Assembly: GCA_964010765.1 (NCBI GenBank)
Contig: CAXGMD010000086.1
Location: 1-11,733 of the forward strand
Length of the DNA stretch: 11,733 nucleotides
Direction: 5' to 3'
From: an uncultured bacterium
Lineage (GTDB): Bacteria > SAR324 > NAC60-12
The position numbers and the translations under genes are program-made. Shown in pieces: positions 1-6,648 of the stretch; positions within the stretch are counted from its first letter, which is position 1; each line of letters begins with the position of its first letter. Below the pieces are notes generated by a model. That model was not told the origin of the DNA and made no database searches. It saw only the letters and a program-made list of their open reading frames with translations.

Positions 1-138
1 CGAATTTTCAAAGAGACTTTTACTGCTTGTTTGGGGACTGATTTTGGAAAAGTTGCTGTTTCTTGAACAGCGGCAAATAATTATTTTTTCAAGAAGCAAG
101 GATTGTGCAGAGGAGACAGTGGATCTGAAGGTGAGCAT

Positions 139-666
139 TCAGCAGTCTTTGTAAATAATCTCCCCATCGGGCATGGTGGTATTGCAGAGTTGGGCTCCTT
201 CCATTTCTGCGAACGAAAGATCGGCTCCTTTCAGACTAGCGGCACCTAGGTTGGTGTCTTTCAAGTTCCCCTCTTTGAGATTAGCTCCTCCGAGATGAGC
301 TCTACGCAGATCACATCCTTCTAGATTGGCAAAACGCAGATCTACATCAACGAGACTCGCTGCCACTAACCGAGCACCTTTCAAATTGACTCCGTGAAGG
401 TCTGCTTGATCGAGTCGGGCATTTTCCAGGTTAACCCCTTCCAAATTAGCGAAACGCAATTTAGTGCCTTCAAGATTAGCTCCATAGAGGTCGGCCCCTT
501 GGAGGTTGGCACTCTCCATATCGCAGCTTGAGAAGTCTGCATCTTTCAAATTTGCCTCTTGTAGCTTAGCTCCCTTTAAATAAGCACCACTCAGATCGCC
601 ACCACTCAGGTCACCATTTGGACAATTTCTGGTTGAAGAGAGCCTCTCCAGATCGTCTTGTTTCAT
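139..666 (-). CDS. Pentapeptide repeat protein (175 aa)
   Basis: Continuous [A/G/V]-[D/N/K]-L-x-x pentapeptides (GDLSG, AYLKG, AKLQE, ANLKD, ANLQG, ADLYG...), typical C-terminal cap AQLCNTTMPDG, and an AAGGA Shine-Dalgarno upstream of the ATG on the minus strand. Confidence 0.95.
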   Translation of the reverse strand: MKQDDLERLSSTRNCPNGDLSGGDLSGAYLKGAKLQEANLKDADFSSCDMESANLQGADLYGANLEGTKLRFANLEGVNLENARLDQADLHGVNLKGARLVAASLVDVDLRFANLEGCDLRRAHLGGANLKEGNLKDTNLGAASLKGADLSFAEMEGAQLCNTTMPDGEIIYKDC

Positions 667-850
667 GTTGTTTCCTTAGGGAATTTTGGGGCTTGAATTC
701 GAATGTAGCTATTAGTTTTCAAGATAACTACTGAATGGTAGAAAAGTTTCTCTGATTAGTCTAGAGTCTAGCTTTCTCTTCCACTGGCAAAGAGCAATCT
801 CTAATAGCGGAGAGAATTTTACCATCAACCCTGTTGAATAATCATGAAAG

Positions 851-857
851 AAAGGAG
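851..857 (+). promoter_or_regulatory. Ribosome-binding site of the GYD-domain gene
   Basis: AAAGGAG ending 4 nt before ATG 862. Confidence 0.7.
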
Positions 858-861
858 TCCA

Positions 862-1191
862 ATGTACACAGCCGTTGCAAATGTAAAGGTTACCCCAGCC
901 TATTGGGAAGCACTGATGAAAAACCCGGATTCAGATCGGGCAGCTGCCATTGCCACAGCCATGGCAAGTGTTGGAGGTAAACTCCATTTCTTTGGTTTTA
1001 CCCACGGCAAGTGGGATGCCATCGTAGCTGGTGAGGCACCCTCTGAGGCTGCTTTTATGTCTGTTATTGCTAGTGCCTGGATGGCAGGAATGATACAGGA
1101 TGTTGAAACGATTCCCTGTATCGCTCAAGAAACAGTTACTGAAGTGATGTCTAAAGCCGGTAGTGCCAATTACAAAGGTCCAGGGCAGTAA
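862..1191 (+). CDS. GYD domain-containing protein (about 109 aa). Start moved from 844 to ATG 862.
   Basis: Family pattern T...W..LMKNP..R..A....MASVGGKL.....THGKWD.IV..EAP, with GKWD at the G-x-Y-D position. AAAGGAG at 851-857 precedes ATG 862, whereas ATG 844 has no SD. Confidence 0.8.
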   Translation: MYTAVANVKVTPAYWEALMKNPDSDRAAAIATAMASVGGKLHFFGFTHGKWDAIVAGEAPSEAAFMSVIASAWMAGMIQDVETIPCIAQETVTEVMSKAGSANYKGPGQ

Positions 1192-1215
1192 TCCCTTCAA
1201 TATCTTACCCCATCA

Positions 1216-1254
1216 AAGCCCTTGCCCCAAGCAGGGGTTTCGCTGTTTACTTTC
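1216..1254 (+). terminator. Probable intrinsic terminator after the GYD gene
   Basis: 10-bp stem AAGCCCTTGC / GCAGGGGTTT (two G:U pairs) with a 5-nt loop CCCAA, 24 nt after the stop, followed by an interrupted T-rich tail. Confidence 0.55.
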
Positions 1255-1386
1255 ATCCGAATAATCTAATTGTTGTTCAGCTGAAAAATGTAAGAACTCT
1301 CGTGCAAAAATTCAGACAAAATAATTTCAAAAATCTAATAAATCACTCAAATAAAAAATTCTATATTTAAAAAATTAGATTTCGTC

Positions 1387-3474
1387 ATGAAAAAGCTTAG
1401 TCTGTTATCTATTATACTTATATTTATTTGTACGTTTTCTTTGAAAGCCAATGAAAATAAAGATAAGGTTTATCAAGTCATATCTGAAGAATCAACAAAC
1501 ATCCCAAGAGAATATTATTCTTTTTTAGAAAATGTCAGTTATCAATTAACTCACAAAGATTTATCGGAAGCTAGCTGGACTTCAAAAATGAAAACTCCCC
1601 AATCTTTCTATGATGGTTATTGGGTAAGATTAAAAGTTAAAAATAAAACAGATAAAGTAAACTTAGGACTGGTTCATAGATGGAATTTTGAAAAAAGAAT
1701 TATTTATAAAAATTCCAATAAAATTTATAGTTTTCCGCTAGTACGCTCAATATACGATAACTACACACATCGATCGGAGGATCGTATTTGGTATAATTAC
1801 AAAATAATAATGCCAAAAGATGAACTAGTCGAAATCTACAGCTATTTCAGAAGTCAACCATTAGATAGAAATCAAATCTTTGAAGGCGGTCTGGATTGGA
1901 TGGCGATTGGGTTATGGCAAGATATTGAATTTAATGAAATTATGAGGTTATTAGGATACGTTGTAATGATCTCAATGTTGATTTGTTTTGGCTTATACTT
2001 TTTATTTTACTTTGTAGTTTCTAACGAAAGATCTTATCTTTGGATTTCAATAACACTCTTAGTTGGATTATATCCTTTTATTACATGGATGCTCAGTTCC
2101 ACATTTGGTATTAGATTTAACTATATTTATGGAGCAATTGGTTTGAGTGTCATGTCGATTGTTCTAATAAAATTTTTCCAGAATTTATTATCCTTCAAGC
2201 AAATATTTCCTAGAACTTATTATGTTTATGGAATCGTCACTAAATTTTATTTTTTTTGTGCATTTATTTATTTTTATGATTCTTTACAATACCCAAATAC
2301 TGAGCTGTATGAAGACATAATAAAATATCCACATCATCCTTGGGGTGTGGGTACAATTCCAATGAATTTAGCGCTTATACCAGTAGGTTTAATATTAGTG
2401 TCAGCAGTTTGCATTTCTTATTTATTATGGCGGAGAGGCGACAAGGTTGCGAGATATCTATTTTTTACTTTTTTAGTACCTGTAATTATATTTCCAACAG
2501 CATTCATGGATATGTGGTTCTTGTTTGAAGCAGGATACACATTAAAAGTCATTAAAGATGTAATACAAGTATTAGCAATTTTGCTAATACTCATCATGCT
2601 TGGAATGGCCCTAGCGCAAAAGTTAAACGACATAAAACAGAGTGCAATTGATCTGTTGGAGGATAAAGTTCTATCCAGAACAAAAGCGTTGACAGAGGCA
2701 AATCAATTAATTACGAAAAGTGTGGATTCAGCTAGCATGATTCAGAATGCAATTTTGCCCAAGTTTGATTATCAAGAACATGGATTTGAAGAGTTAAAAT
2801 ATCTCTGGATGCCCAGGGATGTTGTAGGTGGTGATTTTTATTGGGTTGGCAAAAAAGGAGACTGGACTTGCTTGATGGTAGCGGATTGTACTGGTCATGG
2901 CATACCAGGGGCATTCATGACACTGATCTCCACAACTCTACTGAATCGAGTTAAAGAGATTGTAGATCTTAGCCATCCAGATCAGATCCTAGATTCATTG
3001 GATTTCCTATTGGAAGAGACACTCAAGTTCGATGAGAACACAGGAACTGAATTTGGGCTGGATGGAGGTGTTTGTTGCTTTTCTCGAAAACAAAGTCTTC
3101 TTCGATTTGCGGGAGCAAAGATGAATCTTTATTACAAAGCAGCAAATGAAATCTTTGAACTGAAAGGAAATAAAAAAAGTCTTGGTTATGTAACCAAACC
3201 CCATCCACAAAGCTTTGATGTCCATGATGTCAGTCTAAGTAGTAGCCCCACTTTCTATCTTTTTTCTGATGGGTTGACAGATCAAGTAGGTGGACCCAAG
3301 AAAATTATGTATGGTAAAAAGCGCATCATTCGAAAGATTGGGGAGATTTCAGATCTTGATTTGACAATCCAGAACATTTCACAAGACTTTGAACAATATC
3401 AGGGGAAAAATAGGAGAAGAGACGATATTTCATTATTTGGCTTCCGAGTGAGTAACCAAGAAGAAACCGTGTGA
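1387..3474 (+). CDS. siaA: SiaA-like membrane PP2C/SpoIIE phosphatase with 7TM-DISM sensor (signal peptide, DISMED2-like extracellular domain, 7 TM helices, S-helix, PP2C), copy 1
   Basis: Signal peptide MKKLSLLSIILIFICTFSLKA; YWVRLKVKN (7TMR-DISMED2-like); seven hydrophobic segments; LEDKVLSRT S-helix; PP2C motifs PRDVVGGDFYW, VADCTGHGIPGAFM, FSDGLTDQVGG, RRDDI. Lies directly upstream of siaB/siaC. The symbol reflects position and catalytic domain; the sensor differs from P. aeruginosa SiaA. Confidence 0.85.
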   Translation: MKKLSLLSIILIFICTFSLKANENKDKVYQVISEESTNIPREYYSFLENVSYQLTHKDLSEASWTSKMKTPQSFYDGYWVRLKVKNKTDKVNLGLVHRWNFEKRIIYKNSNKIYSFPLVRSIYDNYTHRSEDRIWYNYKIIMPKDELVEIYSYFRSQPLDRNQIFEGGLDWMAIGLWQDIEFNEIMRLLGYVVMISMLICFGLYFLFYFVVSNERSYLWISITLLVGLYPFITWMLSSTFGIRFNYIYGAIGLSVMSIVLIKFFQNLLSFKQIFPRTYYVYGIVTKFYFFCAFIYFYDSLQYPNTELYEDIIKYPHHPWGVGTIPMNLALIPVGLILVSAVCISYLLWRRGDKVARYLFFTFLVPVIIFPTAFMDMWFLFEAGYTLKVIKDVIQVLAILLILIMLGMALAQKLNDIKQSAIDLLEDKVLSRTKALTEANQLITKSVDSASMIQNAILPKFDYQEHGFEELKYLWMPRDVVGGDFYWVGKKGDWTCLMVADCTGHGIPGAFMTLISTTLLNRVKEIVDLSHPDQILDSLDFLLEETLKFDENTGTEFGLDGGVCCFSRKQSLLRFAGAKMNLYYKAANEIFELKGNKKSLGYVTKPHPQSFDVHDVSLSSSPTFYLFSDGLTDQVGGPKKIMYGKKRIIRKIGEISDLDLTIQNISQDFEQYQGKNRRRDDISLFGFRVSNQEETV

Positions 3475-3489
3475 AAAGATAAAGGTAAA

Positions 3490-4041
3490 ATGGATTCGAT
3501 AAAATTTTATGAACTTCAGAAAACTCTGAAAGAAAACGATATAATGTTTTGTTACAGTGGTTATGTGACGCAAAAAATTTTGGTTGCTATTGGTGAAACA
3601 ATAAAAAAGAAATTAGAGGTTGAAGAAACAGATCTTGGAAAAACCAAAAAGGTTTTCTCGATCTTTGTTGAAGGTGTTCAAAACGTAATTCGCTATTCAG
3701 CAGATTCGATTGGTGAATCTGATGAGCTAGATAATGAAGTACGCTACGGGATAGTCACAATTGGAAATAACCCTGAGGGGATTACTGTTCGGTGCGGAAA
3801 TTTGATTTTTAATAAAGATGTAAATCGAATGAAAGAGCGAGTAAGTTTGATTGAAGGTAAGGACAAGGATGAATTAAAAAAATTATATAAAAAACAGATG
3901 ATGGAAGGGCCTGAGGAAGGCAGTAAGGGTGCTAGTTTGGGATTTTTAGAAATGGCCAGGAGGGCAGGTCATCCTCTTGAATTTTCGTTCGAAGAAGTGA
4001 GTGATGACTACACGTTTTTCTGTATTAACGCGATCATTTGA
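3490..4041 (+). CDS. siaB: SiaB-family protein kinase (DUF6272, GHKL-like fold)
   Basis: FCYSG.VTQ..L..IGE, N-box-like FSIFVEGVQNVIRYS, GN.I, K.ELK.LYK..M, and G-box SKGASLGFLEMARR; AAGGT SD; sits between a PP2C gene and a DUF1987 gene. Confidence 0.92.
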   Translation: MDSIKFYELQKTLKENDIMFCYSGYVTQKILVAIGETIKKKLEVEETDLGKTKKVFSIFVEGVQNVIRYSADSIGESDELDNEVRYGIVTIGNNPEGITVRCGNLIFNKDVNRMKERVSLIEGKDKDELKKLYKKQMMEGPEEGSKGASLGFLEMARRAGHPLEFSFEEVSDDYTFFCINAII

Positions 4042-4049
4042 GTAGAAAA

Positions 4050-4436
4050 ATGGATAATTTAGATATTACAGCTACAGAGACTACTCCAGAAATAAAATTT
4101 GATTTTAGTAACCACCACTTTTTATTTGGTGGAGAATCCTACCCTGAGCACTCTGATGAGTTTTATCGACCAATTTTAGAATCAATCCAACAATATTCAC
4201 AAAATGATTCTAATGAACCTGCAACATTCGTTTTCAAACTAACTTATTTTAATAGTTCAAGTGCTCGAGTGCTGATGAAGCTTTTCGAGCTTATTGATGA
4301 GATGGGAGAAAACAGAGAGATCAATGTTGAATGGCACTACCACGAGGAAGATGACACTATGGAAGAATTTGGGGAAGATTTTTCAGATGATATTGAGAAT
4401 GCTAACTTTAAGTTAATGAGTTACTCTGATGACTGA
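4050..4436 (+). CDS. siaC: SiaC-family regulatory phosphoprotein (DUF1987, STAS-like). Start moved from TTG 4038 to ATG 4050.
   Basis: MDNLDITATETTPEIKFD, GESYPE, FYRPI, LTYFNSSS (phosphoacceptor loop), V.WHY.EEDD.M.E.GEDF are all DUF1987 hallmarks. Confidence 0.93.
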   Translation: MDNLDITATETTPEIKFDFSNHHFLFGGESYPEHSDEFYRPILESIQQYSQNDSNEPATFVFKLTYFNSSSARVLMKLFELIDEMGENREINVEWHYHEEDDTMEEFGEDFSDDIENANFKLMSYSDD

Positions 4437-5415
4437 TTTACTTTCTCATGAAGAATCGATTATTGAGCAGGGTAAACAACGAGTTGATTCAGAAGAAGAA
4501 ATTGAGGCGCGTCACTATGCAGAATTACTCAAGGCCTATATCAAGCTCAATAAGGAGCAAAATCGGCTCATTCGTTTGAGTGATAAAAGTCAAAAAAAAC
4601 TCAGTGTTGCCAATGCTAAATTAGCCAATTTTTCTACGAAACTTTCAAAATACTTCTCCCCGGAGGTTTACAACTCTCTGTTTACCGGTGAACTTGATGT
4701 GAAAGTTCAGACTCAAAGGAAACTCCTGACAATTTTCTTTTCTGATCTCGAAGGCTTTACTGAACTGACAGAAAGATTGGAACCCGAAGTACTCACAGAG
4801 TTGCTTACCCACTATCTCACTGAAATGTCTAAAATTGCGTTGCGGTGGGGAGGAACAATCGACAAGTATATTGGCGACGCAATCATGATTTTCTTTGGTG
4901 ACCCAGCCAGTAAGGGGGAAAAAGCTGATGCTGTCAATTGTGTCAGGATGGCAATGGAGATGGTCGACCAATTGGCTGAAATTCGTGCAATCTGGAAAGA
5001 CAAAGGCCTTGCTCTCCCACTCAATGCGAGAATGGGGATCCACACCGGGATCTGTACCGTTGGGAATTTTGGTTCCGAAGATAGGTTAGATTATACTGTG
5101 ATTGGTAACGGGGTAAACCTCGCTTCTAGGCTGGAAAGCAACGCAAAGCCAAACTCGATCCTTATCTCCGAAGACACCTATCTGCATGTTCGAAGTGAGA
5201 TCAACTGTTCAAAGAATAACACGATCAAGGTCAAAGGTGTCTCGTACCCTGTGCAGACTTATAAAGTCGAAGGACTTATGATGGAACAAGCTGATCAGCT
5301 TGGTTTGACTGAACATCAGATTCCAGGACTTTCGTTAATTCTAGATCAAAGCAAAATTGAAAATCGAGTTCTTGTCAGGAAGAAAATCAAAGAAGTACTA
5401 GATCTACTTGAATAG
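4429..5415 (+). CDS. Soluble class III (IIIb) adenylate cyclase with N-terminal SiaD-like coiled-coil
   Basis: Metal ligands D106 (FFSDLEGFT) and D150 (DKYIGDA), ATP-specifying K146 and T223 (RLDYTVIG), transition-state N230/R234 (VNLASRLE), KVKG. LSKYFSPEV transducer-like element before the domain. No TM segment. 8-nt ATGACTGA overlap with siaC. Confidence 0.93.
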   Translation: MTDLLSHEESIIEQGKQRVDSEEEIEARHYAELLKAYIKLNKEQNRLIRLSDKSQKKLSVANAKLANFSTKLSKYFSPEVYNSLFTGELDVKVQTQRKLLTIFFSDLEGFTELTERLEPEVLTELLTHYLTEMSKIALRWGGTIDKYIGDAIMIFFGDPASKGEKADAVNCVRMAMEMVDQLAEIRAIWKDKGLALPLNARMGIHTGICTVGNFGSEDRLDYTVIGNGVNLASRLESNAKPNSILISEDTYLHVRSEINCSKNNTIKVKGVSYPVQTYKVEGLMMEQADQLGLTEHQIPGLSLILDQSKIENRVLVRKKIKEVLDLLE

Positions 5416-5463
5416 TTTTTTCCCCAATCGCTCTCCTACCGCCCCACTCTCCGTAGCCACCCC

Positions 5464-6612
5464 GTGCAAATTTTTAGAAAAATCAGTGTATGTGCTCTGG
5501 TTATTGCCTTGATCTACTCATTGTTGGGATGCTCCCAACTGGGGGAAAATCCGAGTGGAGCCCACTTGGAAGAACTCCGGAAGTCTCCGAACTATTCCAC
5601 TGAGAACAAGAGGTTCAAAAATCGTAGAGAAAATATTTTTGAAGAAATGCGGAAGAGAGATAGCTTCTGGAAGAATCCCATGAAGCGATTTTCCAATAAT
5701 ATGCTTTTTAACCCCAATCAAACCGTTCCTGAGATAGTACTGCCCGAAATACGGCCTCCTGATCTAAAGGAGTTTTTGAAGCCGACTGAGAGCATTAAAT
5801 TTGTTTGGTTTGGTCACTCAACCCTTCTGATAAATATTCAGAACACTATCATCTTAGTAGATCCCGTCTTCTCAACTTCAGCTTCGCCAGTCAATTTCAT
5901 CGTACCTAGATTTCAACCACCTGTTCTTGAACTCAATGAGTTACCAAAAATCGATGTCGTTTTGATCTCCCATGACCATTATGACCATCTTGATATGAAT
6001 ACTGTTCAGTACTTGAGTAACAAAGTTTCAAAATTTATTGTACCACTGGGGGTCACATCTCACTTGAAAAGCTGGGGGGTGAGTGAAGAGAAGATGGTTG
6101 AACTAGACTGGTGGCAGTCTACTTCATTCGATCAGGTTACCTTTACTTCAACACCAGCCCAACATTTCTCTGGAAGACATGCCCTTTTCAACATATCTCA
6201 AACACTTTGGTCTTCTTGGGTTGTTCAGTCAGCAGATGTCAGCTTTTACTTCAGTGGGGATTCAGGGTACGACGTCCACTACAAACAAATTGGAGACAAG
6301 TTCGGGCCCATTGATTTGGTATTTATTGATAGTGGGCAATACAACGCGCGGTGGCGGGAAGTGCATAATCTACCTGAAGAAGCAGTACAGGCATCCATTG
6401 ATCTCAAGGGACGCTATTTAGTCCCTGTTCATTGGGGCATGTTCAATCTTGCAATCCATAATTGGTATGACCCCATCCAAGAGAGTGTTAGGTTTTCTAA
6501 AAAACATAACGTGAAACTAATGACTCCAAAGCTAGGTCAATTAATTTCAATGGAAGAGCAAACATTGACTATTGATTGGTGGTCTAATCTGATTGGAGAG
6601 ATCAAAAAATAA
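5464..6612 (+). CDS. MBL-fold metallo-hydrolase, NAPE-PLD/RomA-like, predicted lipoprotein
   Basis: WFGHSTLLI, DPVFS, ISHDHYDHLD (HxHxDH), PAQHFSGR, FSGDSGY, VHNLPEEA, PVHWGMF; lipobox LLGC (Cys23) after a hydrophobic stretch; GTG start. Confidence 0.88.
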   Translation: MQIFRKISVCALVIALIYSLLGCSQLGENPSGAHLEELRKSPNYSTENKRFKNRRENIFEEMRKRDSFWKNPMKRFSNNMLFNPNQTVPEIVLPEIRPPDLKEFLKPTESIKFVWFGHSTLLINIQNTIILVDPVFSTSASPVNFIVPRFQPPVLELNELPKIDVVLISHDHYDHLDMNTVQYLSNKVSKFIVPLGVTSHLKSWGVSEEKMVELDWWQSTSFDQVTFTSTPAQHFSGRHALFNISQTLWSSWVVQSADVSFYFSGDSGYDVHYKQIGDKFGPIDLVFIDSGQYNARWREVHNLPEEAVQASIDLKGRYLVPVHWGMFNLAIHNWYDPIQESVRFSKKHNVKLMTPKLGQLISMEEQTLTIDWWSNLIGEIKK

Positions 6613-6648
6613 TCCTCCATTTTAGGAAATAAGATAACTAGAAATCAT

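Noticed and set aside
1..138. Open frames at the left edge (minus-strand ATG at 136-138 open to the edge; plus-strand frames ending at 66 and about 154) and a small hairpin at 53-73
   Set aside because: No recognisable protein motif, and the fragment is too short to choose a frame. The hairpin lacks a clear U-tract.
139..666. Qnr/MfpA-type quinolone resistance protein
   Set aside because: Regular A-[DN]-L-x-x repeats with an LCNTTMPDG cap fit generic pentapeptide proteins. No Qnr-type loops were recognised.
1255..1386. CRP box or specific operator upstream of siaA; 9-bp inverted repeat AAATCTAAT (1331-1339) / ATTAGATTT (1374-1382)
   Set aside because: No TGTGA-N6-TCACA match was found. The region is extremely AT-rich, so such a repeat is expected by chance, and a promoter could not be placed.
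4429..5415. Pycsar/CBASS-type anti-phage cyclase paired with an effector
   Set aside because: Specificity residues and overall sequence match a conventional CyaB-like adenylate cyclase. No cNMP-binding TIR or TM effector is adjacent, and the context is Sia signalling.
5464..6612. True metallo-beta-lactamase resistance gene
   Set aside because: Motifs WFGHS, PAQHFSGR and PVHWGMF indicate the NAPE-PLD/RomA branch, not subclass B1-B3 beta-lactamases.
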